From: Candidatus Woykebacteria bacterium
GTDB taxonomy: Bacteria; Patescibacteriota; Microgenomatia; Woykebacterales; RBG-16-39-9b
Direction of reading: 5' to 3'
Length of the DNA: 64,000 nt
Assembly: GCA_040876345.1 (NCBI GenBank)
Contig: JBBDPM010000006.1
Span: 6,803-70,802 of the forward strand
Shown here piece by piece: positions 27,945 through 40,303 of this stretch. The notes under the pieces were generated by a model, which was not told where the DNA came from, did no database searches, and was given only the letters and a program-made list of their open reading frames with translations. Made by a program: the position numbers and the translations under genes. The first letter of the stretch is position 1; each line of letters begins with the position of its first letter.

Positions 27945-28655
27945 TTAAGTCTTCTTGCCAATACAACTAACATCTGATTTTCGGTGTGTACCTGCTTGGT
28001 CTGTCCACTTAACAACAATCGTGAATTGCTTGATGTGTCGGAAATTAGCATTTTGATTGCATTTACTAACTGGGGGAGTATCCGCAATAAAAAGCCCTGT
28101 TGTGTAAGTCACTCCACCGATGTTGATTAAGAAATCTTTTTGATCATCACCGTTACCATGAATACACCAAGAAGATGATGCAGGAATATTTTCAGGCGCA
28201 ATATTAGCTTCATCAGTCCGGCAAGGTAAGGCGGGCAAGTACGTAGGATCTCCTGAGACATGAAAAGCGTATCTTAATCCGTAGCTAGGGTTTACATAAT
28301 TATCAGAGGTGCTGACAAAATTTGTTAACGGTGGATCGTCGCAATGAGAGCCGCAAGGAGTATCTGGAAGATCACATTCGAAAAGACCGTTAAAGTTTGT
28401 AAGCTGGTTACAAGGCGCACCATCTTTTCTGGGAATTATAGCCCTCGGATCATTCAGGGCTTTTATATTCCTTACTATCTCTATCCCTTGTTGACCAAGT
28501 TTGGAAGCTTGCTCTTGATTTCTGGCAAAATTTGCGTTGCGATTGCTTCTGGTGGCTAGTCCTAAAATTGCGGTTATGAATATTGCCCCGACTGCCAAGG
28601 CAATCAAAACTTCAATTAAAGTCTGCCCTTTTTTGGATTTTAAATAAGTCTTCAT
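27945..28655 (-). CDS. PilV-like minor pilin (paralog of 26614-27351)
   Basis: KG|QTLIEV; shares RNA.F..NQE.ASKL, WC.HGNGD and VNIGGV-like motifs with the paralog. Confidence 0.82.
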   Translation of the reverse strand: MKTYLKSKKGQTLIEVLIALAVGAIFITAILGLATRSNRNANFARNQEQASKLGQQGIEIVRNIKALNDPRAIIPRKDGAPCNQLTNFNGLFECDLPDTPCGSHCDDPPLTNFVSTSDNYVNPSYGLRYAFHVSGDPTYLPALPCRTDEANIAPENIPASSSWCIHGNGDDQKDFLINIGGVTYTTGLFIADTPPVSKCNQNANFRHIKQFTIVVKWTDQAGTHRKSDVSCIGKKT

Positions 28656-28670
28656 GTCATCTAATAACTA

Positions 28671-29390
28671 CTAGTTTGCCGTAATTTGGCCTGATTTATC
28701 CACAGTTACAGAATGGGTTGTAGTACCTTCTGTAAGCGAAATTACGGCCCGACGACAATTTGGATACGTTATGTCACTTATTAACGTCGCAGTAATAAGA
28801 TCGATGGTACCATAGTAGAATTGTATATCCCGAAGAGACTTGAAATTTATTACTAAAATGTCGCCTGCTGTATACCCACAATCTGTACCATCAGATTTTG
28901 TTACGCTGATAGAGCTAACTTTAACATTCGGCGGTAGTTTCACTATATCTGTTGGGCCCCCTTGAATATCCCCAGGTGGGGTTCCTGGGGCGGGTGTACA
29001 AGCCTGGGCTCGATTGTATTTTATTGAGGTGGGCAACGTGGATTTATCAAAGGCTAAGTAGTGCCCGCGAAGATTATAATCGTCAATACTGTCCGATAAA
29101 GCGGCTCCGCTACTATTATAGGCGTCCGTTTTGCAACTTTGGTGCTTAAGCCCAGATACAGCTCTGTTTTGGGATTCGCGAAACTTGGATTTTAGTTCTG
29201 AAGCACCCCTAGCCACGTTTTGCCCCCGATTAAAGCTGTTATAAGCTGCCACCGCTCCACCAGTAAGAAGACCAATAATCGCAACTACAACAAGAAGCTC
29301 GATAAGCGTGAAGCCTTGGGAAAAATTAGGAACTATAAATGAGAAATGAGATTCAGTCTTTTTTGAATTATATTTCGGGGCAGAGAGCAT
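28671..29390 (-). CDS. FimT/GspH-like minor pilin
   Basis: QG|FTLIELL; ELKSKFRESQNRAVSG; C-terminal VTVDKSGQI. Confidence 0.82.
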   Translation of the reverse strand: MLSAPKYNSKKTESHFSFIVPNFSQGFTLIELLVVVAIIGLLTGGAVAAYNSFNRGQNVARGASELKSKFRESQNRAVSGLKHQSCKTDAYNSSGAALSDSIDDYNLRGHYLAFDKSTLPTSIKYNRAQACTPAPGTPPGDIQGGPTDIVKLPPNVKVSSISVTKSDGTDCGYTAGDILVINFKSLRDIQFYYGTIDLITATLISDITYPNCRRAVISLTEGTTTHSVTVDKSGQITAN

Positions 29391-29451
29391 AAATAAAGTG
29401 TAACAAAGAAGTAATATACATGCAACAAATCGCTAACCCCTCATCTCTAAT

Positions 29452-29955
29452 CTACTCATTGGAGACCTTGTAGTTGTATACATTATCCCCAGGCCAGTCG
29501 TGACAGTCTTCGTAGTTGTAAGTGGTGGAGCCCTCTGGTGGGTTCTCCAAAACAGCAAGTAGGACGTATGTATTTCTGTCTTTGTGGAGATAAAAATAGT
29601 CTTTACCCGTACCAGCATTAGCAGGGTCTTGGGGGATTCCACTCGGAAAGTATGGACTCAGAGCATCCTTAGCTTCAGGAATCGTTATCGTAACTATCCT
29701 ACCGCAAAAACCAACTTGCCCAGGCAACTCTCGGTTTTCTTCATAATAAGCTTCAAGAGCGTTTGCGATTTTTAATAAATCTTCTTTTCTATTATCATCA
29801 TTAAAATTTCTTAAAAAATAGACTGGAGTGTATTTGGAAAGATTAAAACTGGGATTATAAAAAGAATAAGCAGTCAAAGCTCCATATAGAAAAGCAACTA
29901 TTATTATTAACGAAATTATCCCTATTCCTTTTTGATTAATTCTAGTGAAATTCAT
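29452..29955 (-). CDS. GspG-domain pilin-like protein with an atypical signal
   Basis: KG|IGIISL; RKEDLLKIANALEAYY...IPQDP...YFY. Confidence 0.75.
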   Translation of the reverse strand: MNFTRINQKGIGIISLIIIVAFLYGALTAYSFYNPSFNLSKYTPVYFLRNFNDDNRKEDLLKIANALEAYYEENRELPGQVGFCGRIVTITIPEAKDALSPYFPSGIPQDPANAGTGKDYFYLHKDRNTYVLLAVLENPPEGSTTYNYEDCHDWPGDNVYNYKVSNE

Positions 29956-30449
29956 TAATCAGGGCAGATGAAATATTGGTAAGTAGTATCCCACCCCGTA
30001 GGGTTTTGGGCTACGCCCCCACATTTAGCAAATGTAGCCGTGTCTTCTGGGGTAGGGTATTGAAGTGTTACAGCGGCTCGATATTCCAAATCTGGTACAT
30101 TAATAGGGGCGGGGTAGTTTTCTCCTCTGTAAACCCAATCAGTACCACATGTTCCAGCGGGCAGTTGCCTTGTATAAGCAGTTACTAACTTTGTGGTTAA
30201 GTTTGTGCACTCAGCTGCTTGACTAGCGTTGTCTTTTGGATAATGTTGTGTTGCTGCCGATTGATTGTCATTAAAATAAAGTTGCAGAGCGTGTTTGAGC
30301 TCTTGCATCTCCTGCCTCTTTTTACTATCTCTTGCTTCTCCAATTAATCTGGCCGGATTTATAGCAATGACTGCAATAGTTACCAAAATCCCAATAATTG
30401 CGATAACCACCAAAAGCTCTATTAATGAGAAACCCTTTATATTCTTCAA
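29955..30449 (-). CDS. Type IV pilin
   Basis: KG|FSLIELLVVIAIIG; AINP; SD AAGGGGG before TTG. Confidence 0.88.
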   Translation of the reverse strand: MKNIKGFSLIELLVVIAIIGILVTIAVIAINPARLIGEARDSKKRQEMQELKHALQLYFNDNQSAATQHYPKDNASQAAECTNLTTKLVTAYTRQLPAGTCGTDWVYRGENYPAPINVPDLEYRAAVTLQYPTPEDTATFAKCGGVAQNPTGWDTTYQYFICPD

Positions 30450-30502
30450 AAATATTCCCCCTTATACATATTATTTAATCCAAAAAATAGCTCTAATTAT
30501 CT

Positions 30503-30931
30503 CTACGGACATATATTAGCAGCTGGAACAACCCCCAAACTTGTTACTTGCCTATCTGATTGTCGATATATCCACCAGGTCGGAGGGTTAGTTGTTCTAC
30601 CTTGTTCCCAAACACAAATATCAGTGGTAGCACCAACTGCCGGTGTAAAATCAAAAGCGACTGTTGCAGCAAGTTGACCGTCTCCACCAGCACTACCTTC
30701 CACATCCGCCACAGAATTGCAATTGTCAAGGTTGCCGTTTTGCCGAGTTACACAACTGGTTAGCAAGGTACCAGACGCTCGTACGTTTGCTTGGGATCTT
30801 TGATCTGCAGCTTCCCGTAACCGCTCGGCTGGGTTAATGGCAACAACTATAATAACAACCAAAATTGCAATAATTGCGATTACGACCAAAAGCTCAATCA
30901 ATGTAAAACCTGCATCTTTCGCACTTGTCAT
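30503..30931 (-). CDS. Type IV pilin (close paralog of 30995-31447)
   Basis: AG|FTLIELLVVIAIIA; body closely similar to the upstream pilin. Confidence 0.9.
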   Translation of the reverse strand: MTSAKDAGFTLIELLVVIAIIAILVVIIVVAINPAERLREAADQRSQANVRASGTLLTSCVTRQNGNLDNCNSVADVEGSAGGDGQLAATVAFDFTPAVGATTDICVWEQGRTTNPPTWWIYRQSDRQVTSLGVVPAANICP

Positions 30932-30994
30932 TTGAATTTAATAGCTACTAAGAACTAATAGCTATTAAATTGGGTGTTACCGCTATGATTAACC

Positions 30995-31447
30995 CTAAGG
31001 ACACGTATTAGCTGCAGGTGCAGCTGCCTGGACCAAGCTTCGAACCTGTCCATCTGAAGCCCGATATATCCACCAAGTTGATGCAGAAGTTGTTCTTCCC
31101 TGTTCAAATACACAAATGTCAGTTGTTGCACCAACTGCCGGTGTAAAATCAAAAGTAACTGTGGATGCAAGTTGGCCATCCCCACCAGCAGCAGCCTCAA
31201 CGTCAGTTTGACTATTACAGTTATCAAGGTTACCATTTTGGCGAGTTACACAAGTACTTAACAAAGTACCAGAAGAACGCACGTTGGAGGCTGCTCTTCT
31301 ATCGGCAGCTTCTCTAAGTCTTTCCGCCGGGTTAATGGCGACAACCACAATTACCACCAATATAGCAATAATGGCGATTACGACCAAAAGCTCGATAAGG
31401 GTGAAACCCTTTTGATCTCTTAATTTCGAGATTAATCTATCTTTCAA
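30995..31447 (-). CDS. Type IV pilin, probable major pilin
   Basis: KG|FTLIELL; very strong SD AAAGGGGGTGA before TTG; first pilin after pilD. Confidence 0.9.
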   Translation of the reverse strand: MKDRLISKLRDQKGFTLIELLVVIAIIAILVVIVVVAINPAERLREAADRRAASNVRSSGTLLSTCVTRQNGNLDNCNSQTDVEAAAGGDGQLASTVTFDFTPAVGATTDICVFEQGRTTSASTWWIYRASDGQVRSLVQAAAPAANTCP

Positions 31448-31550
31448 GAGTATTCACCCCCTTTCGAAGAAATACAGAGTATTTCAGTAAAATTGTTAGT
31501 TTTATTGGGGAAATAAAATACTTGTGGGCCGAGTTTTTGTTCATCTGGGT

Positions 31551-32336
31551 CTAGTAAATCCTTAGATACCACTCTAACACCTGCTGTCCCCAGAGTAGAG
31601 CAATAAGGGCTCCAATAGACAAGAAGGGACCAAAGGGCACCGTTTGCCCAATCCTTCTTCTCCCTACAATTATAAGTATAATTGACGCTAATGCCCCTGT
31701 CAAGAAGGCCAAAAACAACCCAATTAAAAGCTTACTAATTCCAAGGGCTAAACCTAAAAATAAGGCGTATTTCACGTCCCCTCCACCCATACCCTTACCA
31801 CGGGTAATTAAAACTAGAGCGTAGAAGAAGGCGCCTGCTATAAGTCCGGCCAAAATGTCATAAAAGAGCTGGGAGGCAAGTGATAAGAAAAGAAAAATTA
31901 TCTTAAAAGCAAAGACAATCGCGATAGAGGGGAGAATTACTTTGTCGGGGATGAGACCATCCTTTATATCCGTGATAAAGATTATAATTAAGACCGAAGT
32001 TACGAATAGAACATAAGCAAGATTAAGATATTGGACCTGGGAAGTTGGATGTAAGATGTAAAATGCTAGAGAAAATAGAAATACAGTGGAGAGCTCGACC
32101 AAAGGATACTGAACAGAGATCTTTTTTTTACAATAGTGGCACTTCCCCTTCAAAAAAACAAAACTTAAAATCGGGACGAGATCGACTGTTCCGAGATTGT
32201 GTTTACAGTGCGGGCAACGAGAACGGTCCACGAAAATCGATCCACCATGGATTGAGCGGTAGGCGACGACGTTGAGAAAAGATCCCACACAAGCGCCTAG
32301 GATAAAAGTTATTACCAAAGATGATAGGATTGTCAT
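31551..32336 (-). CDS. pilD: Prepilin peptidase/N-methyltransferase
   Basis: GSFLNV, CPHC...CHYC, YPLVE, MGGGDVK, PFGPFL. Confidence 0.95.
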   Translation of the reverse strand: MTILSSLVITFILGACVGSFLNVVAYRSIHGGSIFVDRSRCPHCKHNLGTVDLVPILSFVFLKGKCHYCKKKISVQYPLVELSTVFLFSLAFYILHPTSQVQYLNLAYVLFVTSVLIIIFITDIKDGLIPDKVILPSIAIVFAFKIIFLFLSLASQLFYDILAGLIAGAFFYALVLITRGKGMGGGDVKYALFLGLALGISKLLIGLFLAFLTGALASIILIIVGRRRIGQTVPFGPFLSIGALIALLWGQQVLEWYLRIY

Positions 32337-32339
32337 CGA

Positions 32340-33539
32340 TTAAAAGGCCGAGGTGATGTTGTAGATCGGCAAGATAATTGATATAACAAGGCCGGCTACC
32401 ATAATACCCAGCACAATCATAATTATTGGCTCGAGCGCAGTGGTAAGGTTTTTAACTTGGTGCTCAACCTCAAGTTCATAATAAGTTGAAACTTTGTTTA
32501 AAACTTCATCCATTTTACCTGTCTCTTCACCCACTGCTATCATCTGTGGCATTAAGGGTGGGAACGTTTGATCCTGGGAAATTGCTTTTGAAAGTTGGGC
32601 CCCTTTTTCAACCAAGGTTGTAGCTCTACTAATTGCTTGCCGGTGAATAGCGTTGGAGGCAACATTTCCGGAAATTTTTAAAGCTTCGAGTATAGGAACT
32701 CCAGCTCCAACTAACGCGCCAAGAGTTCTAGTCAGCTCCGTAAGAGATGAATCCCTGTTTAGCTTCCCGAAAATCGGCACTTTAAGGAGCAGCTTATCAA
32801 TAACTAGTGATCCTTGAGGAGTTTTACGATAACGCCTTAGTGCCGAGAACCCAACCACACCCAGTATTATTACTAGCCACCAAAACCGGATCATAAAATC
32901 ACTAACGAAGATTAATATCACCGTTGGTAAAGGCAGAGAGATATCCAAGTCTGTGTAAAGTTCGGTAAGTTTTGGAACAACGAAAATAAGGATTATCACT
33001 GCAACCATTGTCATCGCCACCATGATAATAATCGGGTAAACAAAGGCGCCTTTAACTTTGCTTTGAAACTCTCTGTCCTTCTCCAGAGTATTTGCTAAAT
33101 TTAGTAGTACCTGATCAAGTGTCCCGGAACTCTCGCCGGCCCTGACAATATTTATATACGCTATCGAAAAAACACCAGAATGTTTAGATAAGGAGTCAGC
33201 AAACGTAGAGCCCCCTTGGATGTCCTCGGCTATTTCCTTAATTACTTCTCTAAATTTTTCCTTCTCTGTTTGCTTTTGTAATATCACCAAAGAATCTGTA
33301 AGAGGAAGACCGGAAGTGATCATTGTAGCAAGTTGCCTAGTGAAGTTAGCGATGTCACCAATTTTTACGCCGCCAAAAAAACTAAAGCTTGAAATTCCGG
33401 CTTTGTTAGCTTCTATACTTACAACAACATAACCCCGGTCGTGAAGAATTGAAGCTGCCGCTCTTGTCGTAGCCGCCTCTATAAGACCTTCTTTAGTAGC
33501 TCCTTTTAAATCTCTTACAACGTATTTAAACTGTTCCAT
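32340..33539 (-). CDS. pilC: Type IV pilus platform protein
   Basis: FTRQLATMI, GESSGTL, YPII, VGEETG, LEPII. Confidence 0.95.
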   Translation of the reverse strand: MEQFKYVVRDLKGATKEGLIEAATTRAAASILHDRGYVVVSIEANKAGISSFSFFGGVKIGDIANFTRQLATMITSGLPLTDSLVILQKQTEKEKFREVIKEIAEDIQGGSTFADSLSKHSGVFSIAYINIVRAGESSGTLDQVLLNLANTLEKDREFQSKVKGAFVYPIIIMVAMTMVAVIILIFVVPKLTELYTDLDISLPLPTVILIFVSDFMIRFWWLVIILGVVGFSALRRYRKTPQGSLVIDKLLLKVPIFGKLNRDSSLTELTRTLGALVGAGVPILEALKISGNVASNAIHRQAISRATTLVEKGAQLSKAISQDQTFPPLMPQMIAVGEETGKMDEVLNKVSTYYELEVEHQVKNLTTALEPIIMIVLGIMVAGLVISIILPIYNITSAF

Positions 33540-33581
33540 AATTAATTGGCCACTCGGTGGTTACTCACCATTAACTAATTT

Positions 33582-34646
33582 CTACTTTTCTCCTTTTTTA
33601 ACTTCACGCATCAGCTCCTCACTCTTCAAACTGTAAGAAAGGGCAGTCTCCAAGGAGATTTTTCCACCCTTTATGAGCGTGGCCAGCGAGTTCTCCAGGG
33701 TTATCATGCCGATTTGAGAAGAAGTCTGGATTACATTATCGATAAGATGCGTTTTTCCCTCTCGGACTACATTACGAACAGCTGAAGTAGCTAGCAATAT
33801 CTCGAGAGCAGGGTAGCGACCACCAGCGGTAGCCGGGACCAATCTCATCGAAATTATCGCTTCAATCACATTAGAAAGCTGAAGTCTTATTTGATCTTGC
33901 TGATTTTCGGGGAAAACGCCGACGATACGATCAACTGTTTGGGCAGCCGAATTTGTATGCAAGGTGGCAAAAACTAAATGCCCAGTCTCCGCTATTGTCA
34001 GAGCTGCCTCAATCGTCTCGTAATCTCGCATCTCACCAACCAATACAACATCTGGGTCCTCCCGCAAAACACTGCGCAAGGCAATCTCCCAAGAGTGAGT
34101 ATCTAGGTGCATTTCTCGCTGGGCAATTAACGCTTTTTTGGACGGATAAACATATTCAATCGGGTCCTCAACGGTAAGTATGTGAACAGATCTTGTCTGG
34201 TTAATCTCATTTAGAATCGATGCGATTGAAGTAGACTTTCCGTGCCCGGTCGGGCCCGTTAGTAATATAAATCCCTGTCTGAGTTTTGAAAAATTACTCA
34301 GAACTTTGGGCAAGTGCAGCTCATCTAAGCTAGGTATTCGGGAAGGAATCAGTCTCAGAGCAGCTGATAAATAACCCTTTTGGTAAAAAGCATTGACTCT
34401 AAATCTTGCTAGCTGCCCCAGGGCGAATGAGAAATCTATCTCTTTGTTGGTCATTAAAAGCTCTTTTTGCTCTGGTGTGCAGAGCGAAAGGACAAGTTTT
34501 TCAATGTAATCAGGCGTTGGCGAACCAGCTCTTGTTAGAGGAGTGAGCTTACTATCAATACGCAAAGTGGGGTAAACACCTACCATTAGGTGCACATCGC
34601 TTGCCCCACGCCTAAGTGCTTCTTCTAAAATTTCTTGTATTCCCAT
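33582..34646 (-). CDS. pilT: Pilus retraction ATPase
   Basis: ASDVHL, GPTGHGKST, LREDPDV, AETGHLV, AVRNVVRE. Confidence 0.95.
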   Translation of the reverse strand: MGIQEILEEALRRGASDVHLMVGVYPTLRIDSKLTPLTRAGSPTPDYIEKLVLSLCTPEQKELLMTNKEIDFSFALGQLARFRVNAFYQKGYLSAALRLIPSRIPSLDELHLPKVLSNFSKLRQGFILLTGPTGHGKSTSIASILNEINQTRSVHILTVEDPIEYVYPSKKALIAQREMHLDTHSWEIALRSVLREDPDVVLVGEMRDYETIEAALTIAETGHLVFATLHTNSAAQTVDRIVGVFPENQQDQIRLQLSNVIEAIISMRLVPATAGGRYPALEILLATSAVRNVVREGKTHLIDNVIQTSSQIGMITLENSLATLIKGGKISLETALSYSLKSEELMREVKKGEK

Positions 34647-34675
34647 AGTGCACTCCTTTCAGTTACTTATAGTTA

Positions 34676-34756
34676 TAGGATCTAAGATTTATGATTTAGG
34701 ATTTGCATACAGTTCTTATTGTGATTAAAATCCTACATCCTAAATCCCATATCCTC
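34676..34756. repeat. Inverted arrays of imperfect heptamers between pilB and pilT
   Basis: TAGGATC TAAGATT TATGATT TAGGATT ... AATCCTA CATCCTA AATCCCA TATCCTC. Confidence 0.6.
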
Positions 34757-36530
34757 ATTCAATCGCAACTCTAAGAACTTCCTCGACCGTTGTTATACCT
34801 TCGATTACCTTCAAGTAGCCGTCTTGAGGAACTGTCACCATCCCTTCTTCAATGGCTAGCTTTTCAATTTCATTTGAAGGAGCTCTTTCAAGAATAAGCT
34901 TACCAATTTTATCGGTAATAGAAAGTACTTCATAAATACCAATTCTTCCTAGATAACCAGAATCGCCACACTTGTCGCACCCTTCCCCTTTAAAAAGCTT
35001 GAGTTTCTGATTATCTTCAAGTTCATGGATATCTTTTTGTTCCTCGGGGGATAATTTTTGAACTATAGCTTTGTTTTTAACAAGATTGCCTAAAATTTTC
35101 TGAATATCTTCAACTGCCTGGGCTGGAGCATCATACTCCTTTTTACAATGTTCGCAGATTTTACGAACAACTCTTTGAGCAACAACAGCTGTCATGGAGG
35201 AGGCGATTAGAAAGGTCTCCATACCCATGTCTAAAAGCCGGGGTAGGGCACCAGAAGCGCTGCTTGTGTGTAGAGTAGAAAAGACTAAGTGCCCGGTTAA
35301 AGATGCTTGTATTGCAAGGCCAGCCGTTTCAGAATCCCGAATTTCTCCAACCATTATTACGTTCGGGTCTTGCCGCAGAAAACTCCTAAGGCCGGAAGCA
35401 AAAGTAAGACCAGCTAATGGATTAATCTGGACCTGGTTTACACCTGGGATTTGATATTCAACTGGATCTTCCAAAGTAACTATGTTTACCCGAGGAGAGT
35501 TTATTTTAGAAAGAGCCGCAAAAAGAGTGGTGGTTTTACCAGATCCAGTTGGCCCAGTTATAAGAATGATGCCGTTGGGTCGAACAATACCTTGTTCAAA
35601 GGCTCGCAGGGCCGTACCCCGCAGCCCCAGCTCTTGCAAAGTTGGAGCTTGCCCGGCTTTGGGCAAAAGTCTCATCACAATTTTTTCCCCGTGAACAGTC
35701 GGCAAGGTAGAAACACGCAAATCAACTATTTTATCTCCAAGTTTGAATGTGAACCTACCGTCTTGCGGAATTCTTTTCTCATCAATCTTCATGTTGGAAA
35801 GAATTTTTATTCTTGAAACTAGGGCATCATGCACTTTAGTTGGTAGGAAAAGCCTCTCTTGCAAAACACCGTCTATTCGATACCTCACCCGAGTTCTATC
35901 CTCTGAAGGCTCAACATGAATGTCGCTTGCCCGACCCTTCATTGCGTATTCCACCAAAGTTGAGGCAATCTTTGCAACTGGAGCTTCTTTAATAACTTCC
36001 TCAACCTTTTCCAAGTCTTTAATTTCTTCCTTTGCCTCGACTGTCGCTTCCTGTTCCTCCAAAGCCTGGGAAACTTCCGTGGTCAAACTTTGCCCATATT
36101 TGTCTTGAATTGCCTGGCTAATTAAAGCCGGGGTCGATATAAAAGGCTTAATTTTCTTGGCGCTTTTTCGCTCAATAAACTCAATTACCTGCAGATCGAG
36201 AGGGTCGGCCATAGCAACCGAGAGTGTACCAGTGGATTTATCATATTCAAAGGGGATAAGTACGTAACGACGGGCAACCGGCTCGGGGATAAGTTGCAAA
36301 ACTTCGGCGTTTATAGGTTTGGTAGTTGGGTTGATATACGAGATCCCAAGCAGCTCACCTCTAGCCGCGGTTAGATCTTCCAGGGTAACGAAGTTATGCT
36401 CGAGAAGAAGTTCCTCAACGGATTTTCCAGTGTTCAGAGATTCAAGCTTTACCAAAGAAACTTTTTCTTGCGGAAGTTTACCTTGTTCAAATAAAACGTC
36501 TTCAACGCCTTTGTCTGTTATTGTTGCCAT
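34755..36530 (-). CDS. pilB: Pilus assembly ATPase (PilB/GspE family)
   Basis: ASDIHVEP, PQDGR, GPTGSGKTT, LRQDPN, Zn-binding CEHC...CDKC. Confidence 0.95.
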   Translation of the reverse strand: MATITDKGVEDVLFEQGKLPQEKVSLVKLESLNTGKSVEELLLEHNFVTLEDLTAARGELLGISYINPTTKPINAEVLQLIPEPVARRYVLIPFEYDKSTGTLSVAMADPLDLQVIEFIERKSAKKIKPFISTPALISQAIQDKYGQSLTTEVSQALEEQEATVEAKEEIKDLEKVEEVIKEAPVAKIASTLVEYAMKGRASDIHVEPSEDRTRVRYRIDGVLQERLFLPTKVHDALVSRIKILSNMKIDEKRIPQDGRFTFKLGDKIVDLRVSTLPTVHGEKIVMRLLPKAGQAPTLQELGLRGTALRAFEQGIVRPNGIILITGPTGSGKTTTLFAALSKINSPRVNIVTLEDPVEYQIPGVNQVQINPLAGLTFASGLRSFLRQDPNVIMVGEIRDSETAGLAIQASLTGHLVFSTLHTSSASGALPRLLDMGMETFLIASSMTAVVAQRVVRKICEHCKKEYDAPAQAVEDIQKILGNLVKNKAIVQKLSPEEQKDIHELEDNQKLKLFKGEGCDKCGDSGYLGRIGIYEVLSITDKIGKLILERAPSNEIEKLAIEEGMVTVPQDGYLKVIEGITTVEEVLRVAIE

Positions 36531-36601
36531 TTGAGCAGATTTATCAAAGTCTATCTACTATTTTACGGTTAGCATCAGTATAATGTCAATCGCAAAGTTA
36601 C

Positions 36602-39213
<2,612 letters not shown>

Positions 39214-39479
39214 AAACCCCAAGGTGCCCTAACTAGCCCACCTCTAAGGTGTGATTATGCGCCCGAAGAGAAAACTTAATTAAACGTCCAAATTTCCCAA
39301 AAATATTACCTCATAGTAACGAATCGGCTGGGTCTGTGTTATAATACGTTCGCCAACGGCTCTGGACGTTCCTAGGAACGTTACGGATACTAGTTAGGTA
39401 ACGGAAAGGAGAGCCGAAAACTGAATAGTAGGACAGGAACCTAGCCCGTCGCGCACGATGGAGTAGAAGGAGAAGAAAA

Positions 39480-40007
39480 GTGCGACAACTAGCCGAACTT
39501 CCCACAATCAGCATGAATACCTTTCGGATTGTCGGCCTTGAATGGGCTGGTAGTGACGAAAGGGCATCCGAGTTCACAAAAAGCGTCCTTAAGCGCCTTG
39601 CGGGTGGCGAAAACCCCCAAATCGCGATCTTTCTGGAACGGGTTTTCGAGCGTTTTAGGAACCGGGATGGGTTTCCAATGAACGCAACCTTGCTCTACGC
39701 ATGCAGCGTCTACCGGATGCTTGAAGTCGAAGCCCAAGGACAACTGCCGGTTGTGTCAACCGACACCGGAGCACCAATCCAGGTAGAGTATCTGCGTGAT
39801 CCAGAAGGATTCTACGCTAAACTCGTCATGGAAGTTGAGAAGAAGAATCCAGTTGTTCTGGAATCAGTTCTTCTTATAAACGTGTGGTACGCCCTTGCGG
39901 GAGATCTTGCCTCCGCAGCGGAAATACCACGTCCCGGACTGGCGCTTTACAAGATGCTCGAGAGCCAAATAGAATCAAATAGGCTCTCGGAATCTCTCGG
40001 CTATTAA
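39480..40007 (+). CDS. Hypothetical protein inserted between gyrB and gyrA
   Basis: SD AAGGAG before GTG; own TATAAT near 39340; GC-richer than the flanks. Confidence 0.7.
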   Translation: MRQLAELPTISMNTFRIVGLEWAGSDERASEFTKSVLKRLAGGENPQIAIFLERVFERFRNRDGFPMNATLLYACSVYRMLEVEAQGQLPVVSTDTGAPIQVEYLRDPEGFYAKLVMEVEKKNPVVLESVLLINVWYALAGDLASAAEIPRPGLALYKMLESQIESNRLSESLGY

Positions 40008-40303
40008 CGTCTACCTGTACCTTTCCTGTACCTCTACCAAAGGAGAGGGTTAAGATACAACTAGTTAGTATTAGTTGTGTTATCAGGCAGATTGATACCC
40101 GTTATAAAAAACGGGGCTGCCTAACCTAAGCAAATCAATTCGTTGGTTTTCTTAGGGGGAAAAATGACCCCAATTAGCATAAAGCTACGAGGGGTCGTTT
40201 TTCTTTTCTATCCGCTAAAAAGCTTTCAAATATTTAACTAACCTAACTTTCAAGCAACCACCAATCTTGCCACGCTCTATAAAACCATATATAATACTTC
40301 TTC

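Noticed and set aside
30503-31447. DGR template/variable repeat pair in the pilin duplicates
   Set aside because: Differences are largely synonymous and not restricted to adenines. No reverse transcriptase is in the window.
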